A stretch of DNA of 49,100 nucleotides from positions 35,515,431-35,564,530 of the forward strand of contig NC_068991.1 in assembly GCF_001194135.2 (NCBI RefSeq), given 5' to 3'. Positions within the stretch are counted from its first letter, which is position 1; every line of letters begins with the position of its first letter. This DNA comes from Octopus bimaculoides (taxonomy: Eukaryota). The notes under the pieces are model-generated. The model was not told where the DNA came from. It saw nothing but the letters and a program-made list of their open reading frames with translations, and did not search any database. Of this stretch, positions 1 to 11,810 are shown piece by piece. A program made the position numbers and the translations under genes.

Positions 1-70
1 TTTTAAAGAAAAGCTCTACAGTTGTATTTGTACCCTCTGTGTGCAGCCCTGTGTGGCTAATAAAAGAAAG

Positions 71-144
<74 letters not shown>
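71..144 (+). repeat. (TATC)n microsatellite
   Basis: About 18 perfect TATC units read directly. Confidence 0.97.
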
Positions 145-339
145 GTTTGACCACTTGTACCTCTACTAATCTTGTCTCCATCTGTCCGTCTCAATAAGCA
201 CATATTCTATACTACCCAGTAACCAAACCGAATATACAAAGATCCAACCACCAATAGATTCATCACTCAATTGATTTATCATCCATCAATCAAGCCTTCG
301 ATAGAATTACCATTCTCGCACCCCCCTCTTTTCCTAACT

Positions 340-600
340 ATAACCGTCCGATTGTATTTTAATTTCTCCAACCGTATCTTTATCGATCCAACCACCCGTC
401 AATCTCAATATCCAGCGCTCCATTGATCCATTCGTCTGTTCTTTTGTATCTTAACCCGTACACTTGTATCTCCATTGATCCAACTATCCATCGATCTTAC
501 TAGCAATCGATCAATCCATTCAATGATCCGTCCGTTCATTTAATTTTTAACCCGTCCACCCGCATCTACATCGATCCAACAATCCATACCACATTCTTAC
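340..600. repeat. Degenerate ~90-95 bp tandem repeat built on ATCGATCCAAC-like motifs
   Basis: Related blocks recur near 343, 432 and 528 (cgtc..ttt..ccgt..atc..atcgatccaac..cc). Confidence 0.45.
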
Positions 601-1134
601 CATTTTCTCGACATGTCACTCCCTCTCTCCATAGTTCCCCACTTTATCTCTTACTTGTCCTACAGTCTTCTAATTTCTATTTCTCTCCAGATCCCTATCA
701 TATCACTTTCCCACTTTCCACCCTCTCTCCCTCACCGCTACCTCATTTTTCTACTCATTTTCTCAGCTCTCTCACTTTATCTCTCACTCTGTCTCTCACT
801 CTGTCTCTCTCTCACTCTCTCTCTCTCCTCTGTTCCTCGCTCTCTAACCATCACGTTCACCCTCCCACCCTTCAAACTTACAATTCCGACATGTATACCT
901 TTATAGCGAACAAAGCAAATCTTAAGCTAAAATTCTCGCGGCCGCCATTAGTGGCTATTGATGCTTTCGGTTAACGATTGGCTCATTCACTCAGAAAATA
1001 CCCGAAAGAACAAATCTTTTAAATCATTTCTCATCCTCGCCATAAAATTTTCGTTGCAAACGAAAACAAAAGCATACTCTCCAGGGAATATACAAATAAC
1101 AGCTACAACAACTATAACTTTAATTTCAAACGTT

Positions 1135-1241
1135 CTATATGAACGTGTGTGTGTATATATTTGTGTGTATATTTATCTATATAAATGTGTGTGTGTATAT
1201 ATATGTTTGTATATATATATATATATATGTGTGTGTATATA
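1135..1241. repeat. Compound (TG)/(TA) microsatellite abutting gap 1242-1703
   Basis: Read directly. Confidence 0.9.
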
Positions 1242-2498
1242 NNNNNNNNNNNNNNNNNNNNNNNNNNNNNNNNNNNNNNNNNNNNNNNNNNNNNNNNNNN
1301 NNNNNNNNNNNNNNNNNNNNNNNNNNNNNNNNNNNNNNNNNNNNNNNNNNNNNNNNNNNNNNNNNNNNNNNNNNNNNNNNNNNNNNNNNNNNNNNNNNNN
1401 NNNNNNNNNNNNNNNNNNNNNNNNNNNNNNNNNNNNNNNNNNNNNNNNNNNNNNNNNNNNNNNNNNNNNNNNNNNNNNNNNNNNNNNNNNNNNNNNNNNN
1501 NNNNNNNNNNNNNNNNNNNNNNNNNNNNNNNNNNNNNNNNNNNNNNNNNNNNNNNNNNNNNNNNNNNNNNNNNNNNNNNNNNNNNNNNNNNNNNNNNNNN
1601 NNNNNNNNNNNNNNNNNNNNNNNNNNNNNNNNNNNNNNNNNNNNNNNNNNNNNNNNNNNNNNNNNNNNNNNNNNNNNNNNNNNNNNNNNNNNNNNNNNNN
1701 NNNATAACTTTCCTTCCACTTACGCTACCAGCAAAAGTAATTTCAATACAATCACGGCTTCACTCCATTCTCTCACCACCAAAACAAAAAGAAAGGAATT
1801 GTTATGCTTAAATCCGTGGAGGAAATTTTGGCATTCTTTTACCTCTCATTAGTTAATTTGATAAAAAAATTTGACCCAAATACCAAATACTGTTCTTTGA
1901 ATGGCTTTTGCAATTCCATTATCAGACACAGTTCTTTTCATGAAACCAGAATACTTGTTTATCTGGCATTTTCTAAAATTCAACGGTGAAGCTATTCATA
2001 TGCCGAACGCAATTCATTGCAAGGACAGATCAAGGCGACTTATAAATACTTTGTTAATTTTATTGACTCGACTTCAGGATTAAGGAATAAAAAAATGTGG
2101 AAAATAGAAAAGAAAGAATCATTGTTAATACACTCCTGCTGTTTCCTAAATTACTGCGATCATTTAATTAGGGAGTGTTTCTGAAGTATCTTTTCGTACT
2201 AACCAAACATAATTAACCGTCTTTACACGTTTTCTTTCATTTCTTCCTTTCTTTCTTCTCTCTCTCTCTATCTCCTCTCTGTTATAGACTTCAGTTTTTG
2301 GCGAAACACAGTTTCGATTCTCAGTTTAAATAATTTCTCTTGTATGACATTAATATTCTTGTTAAAAGTATAAACGATGAACAGCCTTCTCTCTGATGAA
2401 TTTCGTCATTTCGTCGTTTTGTATCGAAGTAAAAATACCAGCCATTAATAGAATTTGGTTGTTAGTTTCCAACTGAATTCATTCCACTTCAGTGATAA

Positions 2499-4657
2499 CA
2501 CTGGACAGCAAAGATTTTGCTACTGGAGTAAAAGCATGTGTTTTAGACTAAATCGAGGATGTTCCGAATCCGTACTCAAAATTGTTCTAGCACATCAGGA
2601 TTTTGAGTTACGCGCAGGCCGTAGTATAAAATTTGCTAAAATGAAAGCGATCTTAATTCAAAACTAAAGAAATAACAACAATAAAACAAACGATGAGAAA
2701 ATTCATTATTTAGTTTAGCAATAGATGGCGCTGACGTATTGTGTACAAGCGCTAAATACGTCAGTTTGTTCTTGGTAACTCTGTGTCGTTTGCGCTGCCG
2801 TCACGTGTGGTATGTGTATCTCACGCTCTGCGTGATTACTGTTTTATCTGCGTTCATTGTGTTAGATCATGAATAGAAGAGGCTGTGTGAATCACCCAGA
2901 CGACTTTTGTTTTGTATGTGGAAAATTTGCTCCGCGTGACCAGCGGAAGAACATTGCCACCAAATTAAAAATATGGTGCACCATGTGTTACTTAGGGCTT
3001 ACACAGTGACTGAATGGAAAATGGAAGGGAATACCTTTCGCAGTACAAATGATATGGTGTGAGCCAACAAATCATGTCACTGATTGTTACTTTTGCATGA
3101 TTAATATTAGTAGTTTCTCAAAGAAAATCAAAGCAAATATTGTGTATGCAGATTGTAAGCCGGCTCTAAAACCGGTTCCACATGACTTCGAGAACCCTGT
3201 CCCAGTTCCCTTCTCACATGATTCACTTGAAGACCTTGACAAGTCGCACGATGAACCCCCTGATTCTCCTACCGACGAAGAGTACGTAGTTGATTCTAAG
3301 AAAAATGAGCCACACTTGTTTAATCAAGAAGATTTGAACGATTTAGTAAGAGACCTAGCATTGTCAAACGAGGAGGCAGAAGTTTTGGAATCCAGACTAC
3401 AGCAACTGAATCTCCTATAGCAAGATACGCAAAATTTCCGTTCTCGCCATGAAGGCTTATCTGCTTTTTCAAGTGAGAAAATAATGCTTGTTTCTGTACT
3501 GAAATTAATGCACTCATGCAAAAACTAAGGCACGTGCATGTGGCTAACGAATGAAGATTGTTTACAGACTTGAGTAAGGTTAGCCTTAAAGCTGTGTTAT
3601 TACATAATGGTAATGAAAAACCCTTCCATTCCTGTCGGTCATGCTGTCGGTATGAAAGAAACTTATGAATCGATGGAACTCATTCTGAAAGGAGTTAATT
3701 TACTCAGTTCATAAGTGGAATATTTGTGGTGATTTAAAGGTGATTTCACTCTTCCTAGGACTGCAGCTGGGATATACCAAATATATGTGCTTGTTGCGTG
3801 TTTGGAACAGCCGCAACGACAGCAGTCATTAACTGTAAAAGACTGGCCTAAAAGAGATAAGTGCATAGTTGGTCGGTACAACGTGCAGCATATGCCACTT
3901 GCAGACCCACAAAAGATCTTCCTTCCACCCCTTCACATCAAACTCGGCCTCATGAAAAACTTCGTAAAAGCAATGACACACGATGGTTGTGGCTTCCAGT
4001 ACCTAAAAGTAAAATTTGGTGCAGAGAAAAGTGATGCAAAACTGAAAGCAGGCATTTTCATTGGACCTGAGATCAGAGAATTGATGTCTGGTTGCAAATT
4101 CAGAGGTAAACTGAATCCAGTATGAAAGAATGGGATGCCGAATGTCCCTTAAAATGCAATTCTTGCATTCTCATCTTGAGTTAGTAATGAGCATGGTGAG
4201 AGGTTCCGACAGGACATATCTGAGATGGAAACAAGATATCAAGGCCGGTTCAATCCACACATTATGGGTGATTACTGCTGGTTCCTACAACGGGAGACCA
4301 ACACGACGCATAAGCGCAAGAGCAAGTGTCTCAAACATTTCTGAGCTGAGCATATAAAAAATAAAGGGAGTATTCCCTTAACTAAATATACTATGTACCA
4401 TTGTATTATAATATTATTTGCCTTGAATATAAATATACTAAATACAGTACTAATATACTTTTATAATAATTATTTACCTCGAACTTAACTATTCATGATA
4501 CTAATATAGTATTAATATATAATTATGCGCATAACTCAAAATCCTGAGGTGCTACAGCAATTCTGAGTTCAGATTCGGAATCAGCGTGCTCGATTTAGTT
4601 TAATACAGCACCATTTGTCTAGGTAACAGACAATAATTTATTTTTGGTTGCCCAGTG
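2499..4657 (+). mobile_element. Chapaev3-like (CMC superfamily) DNA transposon, non-functional, both ends present
   Basis: Termini CACTGG (2499) and CCAGTG (4657). Subterminal inverted repeat 2547-2616 vs 4526-4599 has 61 of 70 aligned bases identical. Internal transposase remnant. Family assignment comes from remembered transposase motifs. Confidence 0.8.
2869..4344 (+). pseudogene. Chapaev3-type transposase pseudogene (stops, frameshifts, internal deletions)
   Basis: Motifs MNRRGCVNHPDDFCFVCG, PFAVQMIWCEPTNHVTDCYFC, FNQEDLNDLVRDL, LPPLHIKLGLMKNFVKA, GIFIGPEIR, MSLKMQFLHSHL, EHGERFRQDI..ME.RYQG, DYCW. Ends ..KCLKHF* at 4344. Confidence 0.85.
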
Positions 4658-5821
4658 GAGATATATGAACGTCCTGGTTTATGATATTGCTACCCACATA
4701 AATCTGTAGTCTTGTTTGTGCTAAAGAAACGGCAAAAACCGATGTTTTTCTGTGAACCATTTCTGGCTTAGAAAAGTCAGACTTGTTCAAGAGCAAGACT
4801 ACATAGATATCAATTTGCAGAATGAATTTATTCAGTTAGTATATATAGGCTTAATAGAAGAAGCCTACATTTGGAAGTGTAAACAAAATCCTAGGACCAT
4901 TGCTTAACTCTGGTTTAATCGTATTAACCGATAAAATTAACCATAGAGAAAGGCGACATTATGTCTGATTGCTTTGCCAGTATTAGTCAGTTATCCCATT
5001 ACAAATGCACACACCTCAAGTAGTGACTGTGACTGTATTTACAGCATGCAGCCTATATGTAAAAAGAATTTGGTGTGAGTATTTATTTTCCCAGTTCCTA
5101 AGATGAGGAACAAAATTGTTACAATATAGAGCTCCCTTAGACTCATCCTCGGCCAGATAAATCCAAGTTGCATGTTACCACACGATACCAACTCACATAT
5201 TACCTATTTAAACGTGCACGTACCATGCTTTGAGAAAAGTTACCTTTTACTATAGAAATCTATGCTTAAGTACATGTGAACATATTTAGTCTTGATATGA
5301 ACATTCTTTTAAAATCAAAATCCAAGTTTATAAGAGCATTTTTGCATTTAATATTGCAGAGCTATGAAAACCATCAAATAATGCCTTATTGCAAACACAA
5401 AAGTTAAGATTTTACTATGTCTATTATTGGGTGTCTTTTTATTTCACATATTGCTGCCAATAAGTCACAAAATATACCGTTTCCAGACAATTTTCAGCTT
5501 TAGTTAAAATTGTCTACAATCTAAATTTATAACACGTTCTTGACTATGACAATTATCAGCCGATATCTTATTCTACATGTGACATATGACATTGCTGTGG
5601 CTGCTTCTGTCCGTGTTTTTGATAAACATCTCGAATAAAAAAAACAAAAAACAAACAAAAACAAACAAACAAAAAGCACTAATTAGTTAATAGTGATAAT
5701 ACCGAATACATTAGATGGAACTTCTAGTTCCACCCACCATCATATTTTAAATTCAAACTTCAGTCTTAAATGTGACCAACAATAACTTACAACTAATATT
5801 AATTACGATGACCATCATAAT

Positions 5822-5891
5822 TCATCGGTAGTATAGTAATAATTCCACTTGTCACGGAGGAGATAGGAGTTTTGACTCCCAGCCAGGGAAG
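5822..5891 (+). pseudogene. tRNA-Asp(GTC) pseudogene
   Basis: TCATCGGTAGTATAGT..TTGTCACGGAGGAGA..GAGTTTTGACTCCC..GGGAAG aligns with canonical eukaryotic tRNA-Asp (TCCTCGTTAGTATAGT..CTGTCACGCGGGAGA..GGTTCGATTCCC..GGGGAG). Anticodon GTC at 5851-5853. D-arm shortened and B-box degraded. Confidence 0.65.
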
Positions 5892-5929
5892 TTGTCTGAG
5901 TTTGGGCGCAGGTATCACTCAGTGACTTT

Positions 5930-6050
5930 TAGAGGTTCACATCACAACATATAATTCCGAGTTCAATTCCTCTGTACAGCACATTCGAAAAGTTTCTTCA
6001 AATATAACCCGAAGTTAACTAAAGGGTGAGGAATTAAATTTTGTAGAAAA
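5930..6050 (+). mobile_element. Highly diverged SINE (family of 14197-14353)
   Basis: B-box-like GAGTTCAATTCC followed by weak colinear similarity to the 14197 and 15939 copies. Confidence 0.35.
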
Positions 6051-6225
6051 CTGTGTGGAAGCTCAAGTTACCAATTAACCTTCTCTTTTTCTTCCTTTGA
6101 ATGAGATGCAGTCTGTCATGGTTACAGAAGATGCGGGGTTCAAGTCCTGCAGAGGCTTTCCGTCTATTTCTGCACAGGATTTTTTAACATAGTACATTAT
6201 AAGATATTATTTAAAATGTATTCTT

Positions 6226-6382
6226 AAGGCGGCGAGCTGACAGACTCGTCATCGCACGAAGCAAACTACTTAGCAATATTTCTTCCGGCATTTTACGTTC
6301 TGAGTTCAAATGCTGTCGAAGTCGATTTTGTCTTTCATCTCTTTGGTGTCGATCAAATAAATACCAGTTGAACAGTGGAATT
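6226..6382 (+). mobile_element. tRNA-derived SINE (AAGGCGGCGAGCTGGCAGA.. family)
   Basis: Colinear with copies at 8209 (+) and 24101 (-); shared motifs GTTCTGAGTTCAAAT and GTCGA..TTTGCCTTTCATCC. Confidence 0.8.
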
Positions 6383-6414
6383 AAATGACATACATTCATG
6401 CTTACGTATGTATG

Positions 6415-6419
6415 CACAC

Positions 6420-6464
<45 letters not shown>
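6415..6464. repeat. (CA)n microsatellite
   Basis: Read directly. Confidence 0.95.
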
Positions 6465-6468
<4 letters not shown>

Positions 6469-6645
6469 AACATAGTGTCAAAAGTTGGAGGGAAGGTGGA
6501 GGTTAGTAAGGCTAATACTCAACTGAGTATAATGAGGCAGAGTGGATATACTGAGTGGAGCCCGATAGAAAAAACTTCGATCCTTTCAACGTTCCATAGA
6601 GTATGGATCGAAGCTTGACCGTCAGATGAGACACACATATTCGAG

Positions 6646-6646
<1 letters not shown>

Positions 6647-6677
<31 letters not shown>

Positions 6678-6694
6678 TTGTATATATATATATG

Positions 6695-6773
<79 letters not shown>

Positions 6774-6775
6774 CC
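6647..6775. repeat. (TA)n microsatellite with TG interruptions
   Basis: Read directly. Confidence 0.95.
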
Positions 6776-8208
6776 CTGTACATTTCTGCCTATATACGTG
6801 AACGTTCAGCATATGTGCGTAATTGTATTTATTCTGCGTCTATACGCTAGGTTAAACACACACATACACGTATACATCTACATCACAAACATTCTTTCCT
6901 CCAGAATATTCTAACTTACACTTCATTATGCTATTGAACTTTTCGTTTTGGCCACTTATCAAGTTGATAGCATTAGTATTTTGTTACTTCTTACTCCCAA
7001 CTCAATACGAGGTCAAACTATCAAGCTTGTTCTGCTCAACATTGTTTGTTTCATTCTTAGAACAGAGTATTGATTCTGGCATATCCGAACGATCCGTCTC
7101 TGCCATTAATATTCAGACTACTTCCAATTCTTTTGAAAAAGAAACAAAGAACTGTCGTCTCTACATTTGTAACAATACAAATATACACACAGAATAACAT
7201 TATAAACAGACAGTCGCATACATGGTTACGTGTATACAATTTTACATACATCCTTAAAAATCTAAATGTAACCAAAACTCCTAAAAGCTCCTAGAAATTG
7301 ATAAACTGTAGTTTCATGATATCTACTGTCAGTAACTGATCTGGAACCCACTGCTAATATCTCGGTAAACCGAGATGTAGAATTAGCTGGGTTGTTGAAG
7401 ATTTCAGCGCCCTCACTTCAGTATTCACTCAACTCATCTCTACCAATATCCACCGAAAGTCACATAAAAGGACACCAGCCCTCCTAAGGCATAGCAAAAT
7501 TATCATCTTTGTTTTCTCACTGCAATAACTACAATAGATCTGAACTCGTTATCTAAGAGTTGGTCGGCAAATATTTTCAACTGCTCAGCGTTTCGATTCT
7601 ATTTTTCTTACAACTACATGTCAGACTTGTAAGAATAGATTATAGATTAACTAAATAATTGTGATTTTTAGCTTTGTAACTTGAATGAACAATACAAGAT
7701 ATAATAAAGCGGATGAATACGATCAATTTAAACACTATGTAATTAATTTGGTGCAGTCGGCGTACTACTTATTTAATCTAATATTTTCTATATTTATTTT
7801 CAAATATCTGAAAAGAACGACATATAATCAGGAAGATAAAATAGCTGTATATCAAATATAGTCAGCTGCAAAAGCAAATTAAAAAGAGAGAAAAAAAATG
7901 CTTTTCAGAGTTCTTGGCTATATTCCTATCAACAAAAGGTGATTTACTGGCAGCTATCTATTAGAATCTCTTAGTAACTATCGTTTGACAGTCACTCCAA
8001 AGAGAAACGAACACGTTCCCAAGATTTCAAGTAAGTCTGCAATAATAATATATACTTTCTAAATTGGATTATAATATATTTTAGCGAAGTTTTAATTCCT
8101 GAAGGTCAAGTATTGGATGAAAAACGAGAAATAGTTCTAGTTCTGGAGCTGGAGGAAAAAGTCTTCAAAAAGGAACTGAAAAATTACTTTACATTTCTAA
8201 TTTACTAT

Positions 8209-8416
8209 AAGGCGGCGAGCTGGCAGAATCGCGAGTACACCAGAAAATGTGGAATTTTGTCTCTCTTTGTGTTCTGAGTTTGATTTTGCCGAGGTCGTCT
8301 TTGCCTTTCATCCTTTACGAGTGGATAAAATACGTATTAGTCAAGTACTGGAGTCAATGTTATCGACTTCTCCCTCCCATCAAAAACTGCTAGTCCTGTG
8401 TCAAAATTTGAAGCCA
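8209..8416 (+). mobile_element. tRNA-derived SINE, same family as 6226
   Basis: AAGGCGGCGAGCTGGCAGAATCG head, TTCTGAGTT, CCGAGGTCGTCTTTGCCTTTCATCC core and tail. Confidence 0.8.
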
Positions 8417-8689
8417 TTTCTAATATACTGTGGATTTGCAATTCTGAATTAAATTTGTTTACAATCTGAGTTCAAATATCGTCAGAGTCAACTTTGCTTC
8501 TTATCTTTTCGCAGAAATAAACTGGTGTTGGATTAAATCGAACAAATCCTTCTTTCAATTCCAATACTTGCCATGATTGAGGTGAGATGAACAAGATACA
8601 GCCATAGGCAACGTTTTCTATACTTACTGATCAAAAGTGACACACTATTTCGTGTACTCACGCACACGTGCACTGTGTCTGTTTATTTG

Positions 8690-9640
8690 TCTTCCCGCAG
8701 TCTCATTAATGTTTCTCTTGAACCCTTGCAAGTTAACACCTGCAGGTAAAAACATGAACAGGAAGAAAGTTCAAGAGGGATGATGTTCTGAGAAGAAAGG
8801 AATGAATGTACTGGTTGATGTAGGGTTTGAGGTCTTAGACACAACATCGGTGATGAAAGAAGAAACGAGTGATTTAGGAGTGCCTGAGTGCGAGTGGCAT
8901 GATTCTATCCAGCTCTGAGGTCATTATTGTAGCGATAGAAAAGGTAGGTAGAGATTGCACGTTTGTGGGCTAGAGGCTGAAGCATATCTATGCCAGTCAG
9001 TAAGATAGCTCTTTTCTAGATGTGGTCTAGGGTGTCTGTATGCGCAGTAACATCACTGTTCTTGACGTAAGAACAGTACCCCATTACGGGGAATTTTTTA
9101 GAGTTTCAATAATTGTTGGGGGATGAAGTAACTTCCGGCTCCGAAAAAAAGTGCAAGTAATTAGGATTCGGTTTTAGCTAGGTTAACGATGTACTTTCGC
9201 CAGAAGATGTCCTTGGTAATGAAGCCCGACGTTTAGAGAAACCGCATGAGCTTTAGTTGCGTGTAACTCATAGTTAAGGTTGTGTGTGTGTGTGGTGCAA
9301 TGATGTTTTTTTTTATATGAGTAGCTTTTGTAATTCCTTGCTGTTGAAAGAGGTAAGATTGGCATATTCTTATTGGAGTCGATAGAATGAAAATCAGAAG
9401 GGCTCTCTCATCTCAAGCTGTGATACTGTGATCTGATAGGAAGCTAATGATTCAAGAGAGATAGGTGGAGTCCAAAGATGGGCAGTTTTAATAGATTTTC
9501 ATGCTAGATACATTATAAAGCTTTGCTGATGTGGAGGGCGACAGCATTGTTTTTACCAAATTTTTATAAGGTGAAAGTCCACTGGGTGGAGACGTTTCAC
9601 AGTAGAGATCACTAGTGGATCAAGCAGTAAGGAAACGGAG
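8690..9640 (-). mobile_element. Heavily decayed CR1/L2/Jockey-group LINE ORF2 fragment
   Basis: Minus-strand fragments AVALHISKAL..HENLLKLPIFGLH (VALDISKAFDRVWH-type), DHI*KRAI..LQPLAHKRA..LFYRYN and SFLLRTSSL..LPVHVF..NLQGFKRNIN. Confidence 0.6.
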
Positions 9641-9650
9641 AAAGAGAAGC

Positions 9651-9686
9651 AGAGAGAGAGGGAGGGAGAGAGAGAGAGAGAGAGAG
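9651..9686. repeat. (GA)n abutting gap 9687-9940
   Basis: Read directly. Confidence 0.9.
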
Positions 9687-10378
9687 NNNNNNNNNNNNNN
9701 NNNNNNNNNNNNNNNNNNNNNNNNNNNNNNNNNNNNNNNNNNNNNNNNNNNNNNNNNNNNNNNNNNNNNNNNNNNNNNNNNNNNNNNNNNNNNNNNNNNN
9801 NNNNNNNNNNNNNNNNNNNNNNNNNNNNNNNNNNNNNNNNNNNNNNNNNNNNNNNNNNNNNNNNNNNNNNNNNNNNNNNNNNNNNNNNNNNNNNNNNNNN
9901 NNNNNNNNNNNNNNNNNNNNNNNNNNNNNNNNNNNNNNNNATTAAAGCTTTTCGAGGACGTTGTCATTAATTACTTTTTCTATTTCTTCGGATACACTGA
10001 AAGTGAGTGAGATAGTTCGACATTTGGTTGAGACAAACTGCCTTTCTCTAATAACAACGGGAAAAGCTTTTACCGTGGTGCTATTGCCTACAGAAACATC
10101 GTTGTTGTGAAGCTGACGGAAAAGGATTCTGCAAAGAACGGCTGTAGTTTGAGAGGTGAGACAGCTAAACAGCTTTGCGATCCACAAATTCGTCTTTCGC
10201 GGCATGGTCTTGCAGAACCTGCGTTTCTTAGTAAACACCGCCCAGCTTTGGACGAGCAGGTGAGCTTCTTCAGATGTATAGGCCTAGTTTCTAGTTTACC
10301 TGAATAGCTTCAGTGCAATTACGAAAGAACTTCCTGTGGAACTTGGGGTATTGAGTGTTTGTTGTGCGAGTGATATGG

Positions 10379-11120
10379 AGTTCAGTTCAGTTTCAGTTCC
10401 TCCTACACTCTAGATCCCATTGCGCTGAAATCACTAGTTTCTGTTGGTTGCGGTTTTCACCGTCTCCGATGATGTGATATTAGCCTCTCTCATGTCGATA
10501 TGAATGTTCACGCCATGTAGTTTTTGGTCTTCCAATCTTTCTTTCCCCCTTCCAATGGTGTCCATTTGAAAGCTGTTTTGGAAAGGCGTTGTTCTGGCAA
10601 TCAGAGTATGTGACATGCTAGCTTTAATCTTCGTTCCGTGATGATTTCGCTAAATGGTCTTGTGTTGGCTCTCTCCAGAATGTGAATGTTTTCATTGGTT
10701 ATGTGGTCTTGCAAGTTCGTTCATAGAATCCCTCTCAAGCATCTTTGGTGGAACACATTTAGCTTCCTGTCGATTTTTGCCGTGCTCTTCCACGTCTCAC
10801 TGGCACAGAGAGCTTTTGTTTAAGCTATGCTATTTATAGAACTGCATCTTTGTGAGTAAGCCGATGGTGTGTAGGACCAGCTAGTACACATTATCTGGAA
10901 CACGGCGGTGGCTTGGCTAATTCCATGGTCGACGTCAATCTCGATATCGTCACTGTTACTAATGGTGGTACTCAGATGAATCTGTTTAAATGTCTGGGTG
11001 ATCTTTATGTTCGTTCTTATTCGACAGTCATAATTTATAATATTCGTTGTTTTGGTCTTTTCCACACTGACTTTCAGATCAGTCTTTCCAGTATGTGGAG
11101 GGACATGGTTAAACAATAAT
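10379..11120 (-). mobile_element. 5'-truncated RTE-clade LINE with (AACTG)n tail
   Basis: Peptides DLKVSVEKTK, STTISNSDDIEIDVDHGISQA and GRGKER..DMREANIT..KTATNR match the RTE post-RT region. Short AACTG tandem tail at 10379-10399. Confidence 0.7.
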
Positions 11121-11603
11121 TTTAGGAAATCTTTGATGAGTCAAGAGTGAAGCGCATATGCTGCCAGGGGTCGTTGACATAAAAGCAGCTTGAAGCATCA
11201 TGGAGTGCGAAGGACAGAGGGTATTGGATGGTTGTGATGAGGCAGTTGTCGAACGACTAGGTTTGGAGATGAGAAAGAGATGAAAGGTATTTGGGGTATC
11301 TGTGCATCGATATTGGCTATGTGTAGGGAATAAATTGATGCAGATAGTTTAGTAGTGCGAAGGTTTATTTTCTACACCGGCGTCATCAGTGTGAGATCAG
11401 TGAAAGAACCACGAAGAGTTGCGAGCAAAGAGGATGATTTAAAGAGAGGAGTGAATTGAGACATTTTGTTTTCAATACAGAATGGGATATGCTCAAAAAG
11501 ATGATAGTAGTTCAAGGAATCAATTTTTCCATGTAATTTTACTCCCCGATTTTATGATTAATTTATTACTTATTTTAGAGACAAATGACTTTGTGCTAAG
11601 AGT

Positions 11604-11655
11604 TGAAATGATGTCAACAGAACATGGCTATCCATGTTCTGTTGACATCATTTCA
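11604..11655. repeat. Perfect inverted repeat, 24-bp arms, 4-nt loop
   Basis: TGAAATGATGTCAACAGAACATGG-CTAT-CCATGTTCTGTTGACATCATTTCA, checked base by base. Confidence 0.95.
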
Positions 11656-11658
11656 TAG

Positions 11659-11810
11659 AAAGTTTTTGAAAAAATAAGAAGGTTCCATATTGGATTTCCG
11701 GGGTCAGACATGACAGACTTGAGCCTTATACCATTGGATGACTTTTACAAACGAGAAAAATTTCGAAATGCGAGATTTTTGGAAAATGGTACGTTGCAAA
11801 ACAATTTCAG
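11659..11810 (+). other. Candidate coding exon of unknown gene (KVFEKIRRFHIGFPGSDMTDLSLIPLDDFYKREKFRNARFLENGTLQNNF)
   Basis: Acceptor tttcatag| and donor CAG|gtaatt bound a 152-nt open frame. No homology recognised. Confidence 0.3.

Noticed and set aside
8750-8900. FITDVVSKT..FFSEHHP read as a Penelope RT motif
   Set aside because: An alternative frame and the flanking peptides fit a CR1/L2-group C-terminus continuously over ~950 bp.
11350-11400. Minus-strand CTGATGA..GAAA near 11390 as a hammerhead
   Set aside because: Stems I and II fail to pair.
11600-11660. C/D-box snoRNA or canonical pre-miRNA call for the perfect hairpin
   Set aside because: No complete RTGATGA/CTGA box pair; a perfect stem with a 4-nt loop is atypical for pre-miRNAs, so it is kept only as an unexplained hairpin.
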